From Candidatus Eiseniibacteriota bacterium (GTDB lineage: Bacteria; Eisenbacteria; RBG-16-71-46), in contig CAVZLN010000003.1 of assembly GCA_963776245.1 (NCBI GenBank), positions 1 to 64,000 on the forward strand: a stretch of 64,000 nucleotides of DNA, in the 5' to 3' direction. A model generated the notes under the pieces. The model made no database searches. It was not told the DNA's origin and saw nothing but the letters and a program-made list of their open reading frames with translations. Below are positions 20,947-30,089 of this stretch, in pieces; position 1 is the first letter of the stretch; each line of letters opens with the position of its first letter. A program made the position numbers and the translations under genes.

Positions 20947-22554
20947 TCACATCCGGAACACGCCGAACTTCATCGGCGGGATGGGCGCGCCGAGCGAGGC
21001 GGTGAGCGCCAGCGCGAGGACGCTGCGGGTCTCGGCCGGGTCGATGATGCCATCGTCCCACAGCCGCGCGGTCGAATAGTACGGGCTGCCCTCGGTGTCG
21101 TACTTGTCGAGGATGGGCTGCTTGAACGCGCGCACGTCGTCCTCGCTCATCGCGTGGCCCTGCGCGGCGAGCTGGGTCTGCTTCACCTGCGCGAGCACGG
21201 ACGAGGCCTGCTCGCCGCCCATCACGCTGATGCGGCTGTTGGGCCACATGAACAGGAAGCGCGGCTGGTAGGCGCGGCCGCACATGCCGTAGTTCCCGGC
21301 CCCGAACGAGCCGCCGATGATGATCGTGATCTTCGGCACCGGCGCGTTGGTCACGGCGTGCACCATCTTGGCGCCGTCCTTCGCGATGCCGCCGTGCTCG
21401 TACTGGCGGCCGACGATGTACCCGCTCACGTTCTGGAGGAACACCAGCGGGATGCCGCGCTGCGACGCCAGTTCGATGAAGTGCGTGGCCTTGAGCGCGC
21501 TCTCGCTGAACAGCACGCCCTGGTTGGCGAGGAACGCGACCGGGATGCCGTGCAGGTGGGCGAACCCGGTGACGATGGTGGTGCCGTAGCGCGCCTTGAA
21601 CTCGTGGAAGCGCGAGCCATCCACCAGCCGCGCGATCACCTCGCGCACGTCGTAGGGGGTGCGCAGGTCCGGCGGCAGCAGGCCGTAGAGCTCGGCCGGG
21701 TCGTACGCGGGCGGCTCCGGAGCGCGCAGCTCGACGGCGGGGCGGGCGCGCGCGCCGAGGTGGGCGACGATCTCGCGCGCCATCTCGAGCGCGTGATGGT
21801 CGTCATCCGCGAGGTGATCGGCCACGCCCGAGATCCGGGTGTGCACGTCGCCGCCGCCCAGCTCCTCGGCGGTGACCTCCTCGCCGGTCGCGGCCTTCAC
21901 CAGCGGCGGACCGCCGAGGAAGATGGTGCCCTGGTTCTTCACGATGATGGCCTCGTCGCTCATCGCGGGCACGTACGCGCCGCCCGCGGTGCACGAGCCC
22001 ATCACCACCGCGAGCTGCGGGATCCCGAGCGCGGACATGCGCGCCTGGTTGTAGAAGATGCGCCCGAAGTGGTCACGGTCGGGGAACACCTCGTCCTGCA
22101 GCGGCAGGAACGCGCCGCCCGAGTCCACCAGGTAGACGCAGGGCAGGCGGTTCTCGAGCGCCACCTCCTGCGCCCGCAGGTGCTTCTTGACCGTCAGCGG
22201 CAGGTACGAGCCGCCCTTCACCGTGGCGTCGTTCGCCACCACCATCGTGGTGCGCCCGTGGACCGAGCCCACGCCGGTGATCACCCCGGCGCTCGGCGCC
22301 TCGCCTCCATACAGCCCGTGCGCGGCCAGCGGCGACAGCTCGAGGAACGCGGTGCCCGGGTCGAGCAGGCGCTCGATGCGCTCGCGCACGAACAGCTTCC
22401 CGCGCGACCGATGGCGCGCCACCAGGTCCTCGCCCCCGCCGCGCTTCACCGTGTCGAGCTGGCGGCGCAGCTCGGCCGCGAGGGCGCGATGGTGCGCGGC
22501 GTTGGCCTTGAACTCGTCACTCTGGACGTCGAGGTGAGACTCGAGGATCTCCAT
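20947..22554 (-). CDS. liuB: Methylcrotonyl-CoA carboxylase carboxyltransferase (beta) subunit
   Basis: [47 protein letters not shown] and C-terminal FGVFRM motifs. Confidence 0.93.
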   Translation of the reverse strand: MEILESHLDVQSDEFKANAAHHRALAAELRRQLDTVKRGGGEDLVARHRSRGKLFVRERIERLLDPGTAFLELSPLAAHGLYGGEAPSAGVITGVGSVHGRTTMVVANDATVKGGSYLPLTVKKHLRAQEVALENRLPCVYLVDSGGAFLPLQDEVFPDRDHFGRIFYNQARMSALGIPQLAVVMGSCTAGGAYVPAMSDEAIIVKNQGTIFLGGPPLVKAATGEEVTAEELGGGDVHTRISGVADHLADDDHHALEMAREIVAHLGARARPAVELRAPEPPAYDPAELYGLLPPDLRTPYDVREVIARLVDGSRFHEFKARYGTTIVTGFAHLHGIPVAFLANQGVLFSESALKATHFIELASQRGIPLVFLQNVSGYIVGRQYEHGGIAKDGAKMVHAVTNAPVPKITIIIGGSFGAGNYGMCGRAYQPRFLFMWPNSRISVMGGEQASSVLAQVKQTQLAAQGHAMSEDDVRAFKQPILDKYDTEGSPYYSTARLWDDGIIDPAETRSVLALALTASLGAPIPPMKFGVFRM

Positions 22555-22655
22555 GCGGGGCTCCCCATGCGGGTTCGGGACCGAGGAGGTATAGCAGACG
22601 CCCCCGGCCACGCCAACGGCCGCAGAACGGCCGGGCGCGTCCTGTCCGCCGGCGC

Positions 22656-23915
22656 TCAGGCGGAGTGCCGCGCCGTGGCCGTCCCCGCGGTCGCCCGGTC
22701 CCAATCGGTGCGCCCGGTGGTCTGCATCATCACGAACAGGGTCAGGATGGCACCGACCGTGATCGCGAGCCCGGTGAAGCCCTCCCAGAAGAACGAGAAC
22801 GAGAACAGCACCAGGTAGAGGAACTGCGCCACGCCGAGCGTGCGGAGCGCGAACGACCAGCCGGTGAACAGGCGGGCGTAGGAGACCACCAGCAGGATGG
22901 ACACGACCGAGGCGAGCGCGAACGAGGGCCCGATGGCGAGGTGGTCCACCAGGTAGGCGAACAGCAGGTGGAACGCGAAGAACGCGCAGCCGAAGAAGAA
23001 GTAGTGCATCGGGTGGAGGACGCGCCCGCTCGCGGTGGCGAGGATGGCGGTCACGAAGAAGAAGAACAGCAGCCCGACCGGCGCGAAGAAAGTGAGGCGC
23101 GAGGCGAGCGGCCCGGGGTTCATGCGCTCGGGCAGCACCAGCCCGATCGGTGCGCTCGCCACCAGGCGCTCGAACCGCCAGGTGCCCCGCCAGTGGCGCG
23201 GGCCGCGCTCCTGCCGGGTGGGCGCGATCGAACCGGGCGCGAAGTCCACGTTCGGCACGTCCGCGTCCACGGTGAGCGCGAAGTCCTTCACCTGCCCGGC
23301 GCCGTCGGTGAGCGGGTAGGTCCAGCTCGCCGTGCCGCGCGAGCGGTAGCGCACGGTGAACGCGCGGCGCTCATGTGGCTCGAGGGGCGCGCTCCAGCGC
23401 GCCGCGCCGGCGCCCACGTTCGCCTCGAGCGGGCGGCCCGCCGCGTCGCGCACCGCGAAGCCGTCGTAGATGGTGCTCTCGCCCGCCAGCGGGAAGCAGA
23501 ACGACAGCCGCTGCGGCGTGTCGCTCGGATTCGCGAAGGTGAAGCGGCCGTCGAAGTCCACCGCGTAGGTCGGGAACCACAGCAGGCCCTTGCGCCGGTG
23601 GGTCAGGCCGAGCTTCACGGCCATGGCGGAGCCCTCGAGCGGGGCGTCAATCTCGACTGGCTCGAGCCGTTGCTCGTCCACCTGCACGGTGCGCCCGGGC
23701 GCCACCTCGCGTGCGACCTTCACCGTGACCGGGCGCTCCACGGTGAACGAGGCGCGCGGGCGGGCCTGCTCGAGCGGTCTGCCCCACAGCAGGTGGACCT
23801 CGCGCAGCAGCGCGCTCGAGGTCCCGCCGGTGCGCGCCACCAGCGTGCCGCCGAGGACGGCCCAGGCGAACGTGCAGCCGAGCCAGATGAGCAGGATCTG
23901 CGGGAAGCGCTTCAT
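22656..23915 (-). CDS. CreD-like inner membrane protein
   Basis: One N-terminal TM, a periplasmic domain and ~6 C-terminal TMs with HPMHY...FHLLFAYL and [18 protein letters not shown], resembling the CreD C-terminus; AGGAG RBS. Confidence 0.72.
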   Translation of the reverse strand: MKRFPQILLIWLGCTFAWAVLGGTLVARTGGTSSALLREVHLLWGRPLEQARPRASFTVERPVTVKVAREVAPGRTVQVDEQRLEPVEIDAPLEGSAMAVKLGLTHRRKGLLWFPTYAVDFDGRFTFANPSDTPQRLSFCFPLAGESTIYDGFAVRDAAGRPLEANVGAGAARWSAPLEPHERRAFTVRYRSRGTASWTYPLTDGAGQVKDFALTVDADVPNVDFAPGSIAPTRQERGPRHWRGTWRFERLVASAPIGLVLPERMNPGPLASRLTFFAPVGLLFFFFVTAILATASGRVLHPMHYFFFGCAFFAFHLLFAYLVDHLAIGPSFALASVVSILLVVSYARLFTGWSFALRTLGVAQFLYLVLFSFSFFWEGFTGLAITVGAILTLFVMMQTTGRTDWDRATAGTATARHSA

Positions 23916-23991
23916 CGATTCTCCTGCGGGTCGTGAGGGTGCTCGTGGCGCGCGACCCGGTGCGTCGCCACGTGGCAGGCGGCGGGACGGA

Positions 23992-24720
23992 TCAGGCCGA
24001 GGCGGCGACCCCGCCGAGCCCGCCGAAGCGGCGCTCGCGGCGGCGGTAGTCGCCGAGCGCGCCGGCCAGCAGGCCGGCGTCGACGTCGGGCCACAGCGTG
24101 CGCGTGAACCACAGCTCGGCATAGGCGCATTCCCACAGCAGGAAGTCACTCAGCCGCTGCTCGCCCGCGGTGCGGACCAGCAGGTCGACGTCGCGCGTCA
24201 CCCCGGCGTGCGAGGCATCGGCGAGCGCGGCGGCGAAGCGCTCCCGCGTGGGAGCGGGCCCGCCGGCGCACGCGCGCGCGGCCGCCGCGATGGCGTCGCG
24301 CGCGGAGTAGTCCACCGCCACGCGCAGGTCGAGGCGGCCGCCGGCCGCGGTCGCCTGCTCGGCTCGCTCGATGGCCTCCCGCAGCGGGCGCGCGATCCGG
24401 TCGCGGCGACCGATCACGCGCACCCGCACGCCCTGCGCCGCGCACGACTCGGTCTCACGGTCGAGGTATTCGCGCATCAGCACCATCAGGGCCCGCACCT
24501 CGGGCTCGGGGCGGCGCCAGTTGTCCGCCGAGAACGCGTACAGCGTGAGCGTGTCGATGCCGAGCTCGGGCGCGGCGGCGACAACGCGCTTCACCGCGGC
24601 GATGCCGGCGCGATGCCCGGCCGCGCGCGGCAGCCCGCGACGGGCCGCCCAGCGGCCGTTGCCGTCCATGATGATGCCGACGTGCATCCCTGCGCACGAT
24701 GCGGAAGCGGGGTGCGACAT
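23992..24720 (-). CDS. uppS: cis-prenyltransferase (undecaprenyl/decaprenyl diphosphate synthase), probable accessory paralog
   Basis: HVGIIMDGNGRWA, YAFSADNWRRP, RTAGEQRLSDFLLWE and RRFGG motifs. Confidence 0.93.
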   Translation of the reverse strand: MSHPASASCAGMHVGIIMDGNGRWAARRGLPRAAGHRAGIAAVKRVVAAAPELGIDTLTLYAFSADNWRRPEPEVRALMVLMREYLDRETESCAAQGVRVRVIGRRDRIARPLREAIERAEQATAAGGRLDLRVAVDYSARDAIAAAARACAGGPAPTRERFAAALADASHAGVTRDVDLLVRTAGEQRLSDFLLWECAYAELWFTRTLWPDVDAGLLAGALGDYRRRERRFGGLGGVAASA

Positions 24721-24741
24721 GGTGGCGGTCCTCCGGACGGT

Positions 24742-25374
24742 TCAGTTGCCGGTGAGTGCGAAGTAGGTCTTCCGGTGCAGCGGGCTGCTCTCGCTCCCGA
24801 TGGTGATCATCCCCGGGCCCTGCGGCAGCTCGTCGATCAGCAGGCGCAGTCCGGTGGCCTGCGGGCCGGGCCGGAAGCGCAGCGTCGCCTCGTACGCGGT
24901 GCCGGGCGCGAGCGTTCGGCCGAAGGGCGGGAACGCGCCGGCGGTCCCCGGCGCCGACGCGCTCGACCACTCGGGGGTGTAGCGCCGACCGCGTCCGTCG
25001 AACAGCGCGGCGCGGAGCGAACGCGGGTCCTGCACCGCCCGCAGCGCGTCGCTGCGCAGGCGCACCCCGAGCAGCACCGCGCCGTCCGGCGCGCGCGTGG
25101 CCGGGCCGGCGACGCTGAAGTGCAGGTGCGGATCGAAGCCCTCCACGCTCTTCTCCTCGCCGAGGGCGAGCGTGTGCTCGCGGCTGGCGAGCGCGACGCC
25201 GGCCAGCGTGGCGGCGTACCCCCCCCACAGCACGAGCGTGCCGAGCGCCGCGACGCCCGCGAGCCGGCCGCGCCGGGTGGCGAGCGCGGCCACGGTGAGG
25301 GTGATGCCGAGGGCGCTGCACGCGATCAGGCCGAGCAGCGCGAGGTCGCCGAGTGCGGACGTCGGAAGGTTCAT
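24742..25374 (-). CDS. Membrane-anchored hypothetical protein (2 TM plus a beta-rich DUF4352-like domain)
   Basis: GGAGG RBS; two hydrophobic helices; LFDGRGRRY...TLAPG...LRF pattern. Confidence 0.65.
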   Translation of the reverse strand: MNLPTSALGDLALLGLIACSALGITLTVAALATRRGRLAGVAALGTLVLWGGYAATLAGVALASREHTLALGEEKSVEGFDPHLHFSVAGPATRAPDGAVLLGVRLRSDALRAVQDPRSLRAALFDGRGRRYTPEWSSASAPGTAGAFPPFGRTLAPGTAYEATLRFRPGPQATGLRLLIDELPQGPGMITIGSESSPLHRKTYFALTGN

Positions 25375-25424
25375 GGATCCTCCAGGGGTGTGGGTTCCCG
25401 CGTGGGTCAGAGGCGTGGTGAAGG

Positions 25425-25441
25425 ACTTTGCATTGCAGAGT
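25425..25441. promoter_or_regulatory. Palindromic operator ACTTTG-N5-CAGAGT
   Basis: AT-rich near-palindrome in GC-rich DNA, upstream of 25374; similar site at 26934. Confidence 0.6.
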
Positions 25442-25539
25442 AAAACGGCATGACGAAGCGCCGGGAGCGCGCGGTGGAGGACACCGGGGCTGGTCCGCGG
25501 CCGGCGACGGGCCCGTCCGGTGCGCGGCGACGTGGACGC

Positions 25540-25857
25540 CTATCGCTGGTGTTCAAAGTAGTACAGGACTCCGAACGCGAGAGCCACGGCGACGGCCGAG
25601 AGCGCCAGGGGCCGCGCGCTGCGCCCGGGCCGCCTCCAATCCGCGGTGGCGAGGTAGAGCAGGATGGTGGGCGCCAGCGCCACGATCGCGAGCTGGAAGA
25701 TGTGGGCCTGCGTGCCTTCGTCCGGCAGCGGCGGCTGGGGGTGGATCGAAAATGGATCGAGGGAGACGCGCAGCGCGCTCAGCACCGTCAGCAATGCGAT
25801 GAGCGACAGGACGATGAGCCCGATGCCGCTCGCGCGATGGATCCGCTGCCCACTCAT
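25540..25857 (-). CDS. Small 3-TM membrane protein
   Basis: AAGGAG RBS; three hydrophobic helices; DEGTQAHIFQL loop. Confidence 0.75.
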   Translation of the reverse strand: MSGQRIHRASGIGLIVLSLIALLTVLSALRVSLDPFSIHPQPPLPDEGTQAHIFQLAIVALAPTILLYLATADWRRPGRSARPLALSAVAVALAFGVLYYFEHQR

Positions 25858-25907
25858 GGCGTCATTCTCCTTGCGGCCTCTCGTCTTACCCGCCCACAAC
25901 CCCGCGT

Positions 25908-26288
25908 TCAGCGCGCGCGCGCCGCCCGGATCACGGCCTCCATGTGGTCGAGGTAGCGGTTGAGGGCGCGCCGGCCGGCGTCGGTGAGGCGGTACTCGGT
26001 GCGCGGCACGCGGCCATCGAACGACTTGGCGCAGCTCACGTACCCGGCGTCCTCGAGCTTGCGGGCGTGCACGCTCAGGTTGCCGTCGGTGGTCTTGAGG
26101 GTGGTCTTCAGTTCCACGAAGGAGAGCGGCGAGCGCGCCGCGAGCGCACTCACGATTCCGAGGCGCAGGCGCTCGTGGATGAGCCGGTCGAGATCCACGG
26201 CACCGTCCGCTCCGCCGTCGACCGCGGAGAGATCGGCGGCACGGACCCGCCGCGCGGGGACCGCCCGGGTCGCCGCGCCCCTAGCCAC
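25908..26288 (-). CDS. Winged-helix transcriptional regulator (HTH_34/ArsR-MarR-like)
   Basis: LDRLIHERLRLGIVSAL, TDGNLSVHARKLEDAGYV and TEYRLTDAGRRAL motifs. Confidence 0.92.
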   Translation of the reverse strand: MARGAATRAVPARRVRAADLSAVDGGADGAVDLDRLIHERLRLGIVSALAARSPLSFVELKTTLKTTDGNLSVHARKLEDAGYVSCAKSFDGRVPRTEYRLTDAGRRALNRYLDHMEAVIRAARAR

Positions 26289-26895
26289 CGTACCTCCGCC
26301 ACACCACCGCTCCGCAGGCGACGTGGAGGCCCCCGAAGGTCAGGGCCATGGCGGCGTCGCGCCACGCCACGGGCGCGAACAGCGCGGCGAGCCCGGAGAC
26401 GGCGAAGCACCCGCCCAACGCCGGGATGGCCCGCACCGAAAACGTGCCGCCCGCCATCAGGGCGACGCCGTAGAGCAGCATCCACAGTCCGGGCAGCAGC
26501 TCGAAGCGCTCGGCGCGCATGAGCGCCACGGTGAGCGCGATCGCCGCCAGCACCGGCGGCAGGAAAGCGAGCGCGAAGCGGCGCCCGGAGCCCACCAGCA
26601 GCGCGGAGTCCGTGGCGCGCGCCTTGAGCGCCATCGCCGCGAGCCCGATCCCCGAGGCCAGCGCGCCGGCGCCGAGCCAGACCTCGAGCCACGCGCGCGG
26701 CGACGCCTGGCGCGCCGCCAGCGCGGCCGCGGCGATCCCGACCACTCCCATGGCCACCATGCCGCGCCCGGGGACCGCGGTGAACGCGACCGAGGCCTCC
26801 ACCGTGGAGCGGATGTAGCGCAGGCTCTCGAGCGCCTGGTCGTGCAGGGGCATCGGCGGGTCAGGGGTCGGCCGGGGCGGGTGCGGAGCGGGCAT
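26281..26895 (-). CDS. Multi-pass membrane protein, partner of the HTH regulator
   Basis: ALESLRYIRSTVE N-terminus, ~6 TMs, FGGLH...RRYGG end; overlaps the regulator start. Confidence 0.8.
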   Translation of the reverse strand: MPAPHPPRPTPDPPMPLHDQALESLRYIRSTVEASVAFTAVPGRGMVAMGVVGIAAAALAARQASPRAWLEVWLGAGALASGIGLAAMALKARATDSALLVGSGRRFALAFLPPVLAAIALTVALMRAERFELLPGLWMLLYGVALMAGGTFSVRAIPALGGCFAVSGLAALFAPVAWRDAAMALTFGGLHVACGAVVWRRYGG

Positions 26896-26901
26896 GAGAG
26901 G

Positions 26902-26931
26902 AGGATAGGGTCAGGCAAGGGCCGGCGTCAA
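26902..26931 (-). promoter_or_regulatory. Sigma70 promoter for a leaderless transcript
   Basis: TTGACG-18 bp-TATCCT, with ATG 26895 six nt downstream. Confidence 0.7.
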
Positions 26932-26933
26932 GT

Positions 26934-26950
26934 ACTTTTCTGTGCAAAGC
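26934..26950. promoter_or_regulatory. Operator ACTTTT-N5-CAAAGC next to the -35 box
   Basis: Same half-site pattern and spacing as 25425-25441. Confidence 0.55.
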
Positions 26951-27161
26951 AAAGCGCCCGCGGCGGCCATGCGCGTCCACCCGCCCGCGACGGTCACCGG
27001 CTCGCGGGCCGGTGACGCCTCACGTCTCCGCGCCGCGCGATCCGTCGCAACCCGGGCCGGCCCTGGACCGGTCCAAGAGGACGATCTGAAACCCGGTGGA
27101 CCGGGCCGCCGTAGGGCACCTGTCCGTCGTGTCCCACCTTCCCCCCTGAGGAGTCGCCGTC

Positions 27162-28301
27162 ATGAAGTCGCGCGCCGCCGTCCTCGTCCACGATCCCGCC
27201 CGGCGTATCCGCTCGCTGCTCATCGGGCTGCTCTGGCTCGCCACACTCGCGCTCGCCCTCGCGGCGTTCAGCAGCATGGTGCCGCGGCTGGCGCTCGCGG
27301 CGGACACCGGGACGAGCGCGGCCCTCGAGCGCCACACCGTCACGGGCGACCGCGTCATCGTCTACGACCTCGCGGGCGCCATCGAGGTGGTCACCGGCAC
27401 CGGACCCGACGTGGTGGTCGAAGTGCGGCGCGGCGGCCGCGACGCCGGCGCCCTGCGGATCGCGACCGGCCCCATCGACGGACACCCGACCCTGCGCGTG
27501 ATCTTCCCCGGGCGCCGCATCGTCTACCCCGCGAGCCGGTCCGAGACCAACGGGATCGCGGTTCGCGACGACGGCACCTTCGGCGGCAAGAACACCAACT
27601 TCTGGTCGAAGCGGGTGAGCATCTCGCGGCATGGCTTCGGCAGCGAGGCGTGGGCCGACCTGCGCATCCTGGTGCCGCGCGGGCGCACGCTGGAGGTGCG
27701 GCTGGGGGCCGGCGCGATGAGCGCGCACGGCGTGGAAGGGGCGCTCACCCTCGACACCCATGCGGGCCCGGTGCTGGTGGACGGCGTCGTCGGTTCGCTG
27801 GTGGTGGACACCGGCTCGGGCGCGGTCGGCGTGAAGAACGTCCGCGGCGACCTGCTGGTGGACACCGGCAGCGGCGCGGTCACCATCGAGGGCGTCCACG
27901 GCGCCAAGGTCTCGATCGACACCGGCTCAGGCGGGGTCTCGGGCAGCGACGTGCAGGCCGGCGACCTGCTCGTGGACACCGGCTCCGGCCACGTGGCGAT
28001 CGAGGGCGTGCGCGCCCCGCGCGTGAAGGTGGACACCGGCAGCGGCGGCGTCACGCTCGGGTTCCTCGAGGACGTCGAGAACGTGCTCGTGGACACCGGC
28101 TCGGGCGGCGTGCTGCTGCGCGTGCCCGCCACGCTGGGCGCCGAACTCGACGTGGACACCGGCAGTGGCGCCATCGAGTCCGATGTGCCACTCACGCTGC
28201 TGCACCGCGAGCACGGCGAGATGCAGGGCACGATCGGCGACGGCAAGGGCCACATCCTCATCGACACCGGTTCGGGTGGGGTGCGGCTGGTGAAGGGCTG
28301 A
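27162..28301 (+). CDS. DUF4097/adhesin-like beta-strand repeat exported protein
   Basis: GAGGAG RBS, N-terminal hydrophobic segment, eight DTGSG repeats. Confidence 0.85.
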   Translation: MKSRAAVLVHDPARRIRSLLIGLLWLATLALALAAFSSMVPRLALAADTGTSAALERHTVTGDRVIVYDLAGAIEVVTGTGPDVVVEVRRGGRDAGALRIATGPIDGHPTLRVIFPGRRIVYPASRSETNGIAVRDDGTFGGKNTNFWSKRVSISRHGFGSEAWADLRILVPRGRTLEVRLGAGAMSAHGVEGALTLDTHAGPVLVDGVVGSLVVDTGSGAVGVKNVRGDLLVDTGSGAVTIEGVHGAKVSIDTGSGGVSGSDVQAGDLLVDTGSGHVAIEGVRAPRVKVDTGSGGVTLGFLEDVENVLVDTGSGGVLLRVPATLGAELDVDTGSGAIESDVPLTLLHREHGEMQGTIGDGKGHILIDTGSGGVRLVKG

Positions 28302-28464
28302 TCGGCCGCGGATCCGCTGCGGCGCACCGCGTCCCGACCGGGCGCGCGGTGGGGCCGCGCGAGGCTGCCGCCCCGGCGCTGTCGCCGGGGCGGTGCCGTC
28401 TACTCCCGGCGCGCGCTCTCGGTCCGGACCGCTCCGCTTGCCCCCGCGCCGACGCCGGGCTCGC

Positions 28465-30066
28465 TCATCTCGCCCACTCGGCCCGCGCCTCGCGCGCGAA
28501 CGCCTCGAGGTCGTCGTAGCGGCCCTGCCACGTCGTGTACATCACGCCTTCCACCCCCGCCACGCCGCGCGCGGCCGCGATCCACCCGCGCACCTGCGAG
28601 GGCGCGCCGTCGTAATACGCCGCGATCACCTGGCGGTGGCCGCGGCGCGCGAAGAACCGCAGCGACTCCGTGGCGCGACCGGCGTTCCAGTTGACGATCG
28701 TCACGCTCGAGTCGAGCCCCTCCCACGATCCCGCGAGGTCACCGCGCACCAGGTGATAGCCGCGCACCGCGTTCTGGTAGGGGTCGAACATGTCGCTCCA
28801 CACGTACACCCGCGAGCCCGCCAGCAGGCCGACGCACTCCCGCACGTCGGCAGCCAGCACGGCGCCCGAGGTCGCGCCGCGCCGGGCGCACGACTCGTCC
28901 CAGTCCAGCACGCGGATCTCGTCGTGCATCATCATGTAGCCGCCGGCGCCCCACAGCGCCTTCATGCGCGCCGCCTGGTCGCGCATCAGGTCCAGCGTGG
29001 CGGGCTCGGACGGACAGATGGTGACCTGCTTGCCGTAGAGCACCGGCGCGAAGTACCACGAGGCGCGCAGGCGCGTGCCGTCGGGCAGCGGGGTGCGGAT
29101 CTCGGGCGGCGCGTGCCAGGCCTGGTACTGGCCGCGCCATGGCACCCGGCCCAGCAGCGAGTCGCGCACCGGCTCGTAGTCGCGGCCCTCGGTGCGGCCC
29201 GCGATCACGAACGGGGCACCGGCACGACGTACCACGTTCACCGGGCCGCATTCCTCGAGGCGCCACGCCCGCCACTCCACGGTGCCGAGCGCCGCCTTCC
29301 AGTCGCCCAGCCAGACCGTGACACGCTCCTGATCGAGTGAGCCGAACACCAGGTCCACCCGGGTCCAGTCCTGCGTGGGCGCGAGCCCGAGCGAGCGGGT
29401 GTAGGTGAGCGCGCGCGCGCCGCCCAGCACGGTGACCATCGGCTTGCCGGTGTAGCCGCGGGTCCGCACCTCGACGCTCAGGTGATAGCACCGGAACGGC
29501 GCCACCGGCACGTGGAACGCGAACCGCGAGCGCACCAGGTGCGCGCCGATCCGCGCCCGTCCGTCCGAGACGGACACCCAGGGGTCGGCGAAGTCGGGGC
29601 GCGCGCCGAGCGCCACCGCGGGATCGGCCACCACCCGCGCCACCCCGCCGCGCACCTCGAGCCGGGCGTCGCGCACCGGCAGCGCCTCGGCCAGGTCGGG
29701 GTCGAGCGCGAGCAGCGTGTTCGAGCGGCCGACGGTGAAGAGCGCCGGCACCAGCTCGACCCCGAGAGAATCGGCCAGCCGCTTCACGCGCGCGGCGCTC
29801 GCGAAGTATCCGGCATCCATCTCGCCGAGGCGGTCGAACCGGGGATCGGTGAGCATGACGCGCGTGTAGCCCGCCGCCGCCGCGCGGCTCCACAACGTCG
29901 CGAGGCGCTCGGGCTCGCCGGGCCGGTCGAGCTGCGCGCCGCAGTAGAGCCACAGCGCCAGCGGCGGGCGGCGGCCCGGCGGGCGTGGCGCGCACGCGGA
30001 CAGCGTCAGCGCCGCGCTCACGGCCACCGCCACGGCGGCATGGCGCACGACCCTCGGGTTGCGCAC
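28465..30066 (-). CDS. Lipoprotein, GH20-like TIM barrel with an inserted beta-sandwich
   Basis: GGAGGT RBS; lipobox LSAC; MMHDEIR, VWSDMFDP and GVMYTTW motifs. Confidence 0.6.
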   Translation of the reverse strand: MRNPRVVRHAAVAVAVSAALTLSACAPRPPGRRPPLALWLYCGAQLDRPGEPERLATLWSRAAAAGYTRVMLTDPRFDRLGEMDAGYFASAARVKRLADSLGVELVPALFTVGRSNTLLALDPDLAEALPVRDARLEVRGGVARVVADPAVALGARPDFADPWVSVSDGRARIGAHLVRSRFAFHVPVAPFRCYHLSVEVRTRGYTGKPMVTVLGGARALTYTRSLGLAPTQDWTRVDLVFGSLDQERVTVWLGDWKAALGTVEWRAWRLEECGPVNVVRRAGAPFVIAGRTEGRDYEPVRDSLLGRVPWRGQYQAWHAPPEIRTPLPDGTRLRASWYFAPVLYGKQVTICPSEPATLDLMRDQAARMKALWGAGGYMMMHDEIRVLDWDESCARRGATSGAVLAADVRECVGLLAGSRVYVWSDMFDPYQNAVRGYHLVRGDLAGSWEGLDSSVTIVNWNAGRATESLRFFARRGHRQVIAAYYDGAPSQVRGWIAAARGVAGVEGVMYTTWQGRYDDLEAFAREARAEWAR

Positions 30067-30089
30067 GGGGACCTCCGTCCCGGCCGCGG

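Noticed and set aside
27800..28280. GGACACCGGC repeats as a CRISPR or DNA repeat array
   Set aside because: They are in-frame DTGSG coding repeats with variable synonymous positions.
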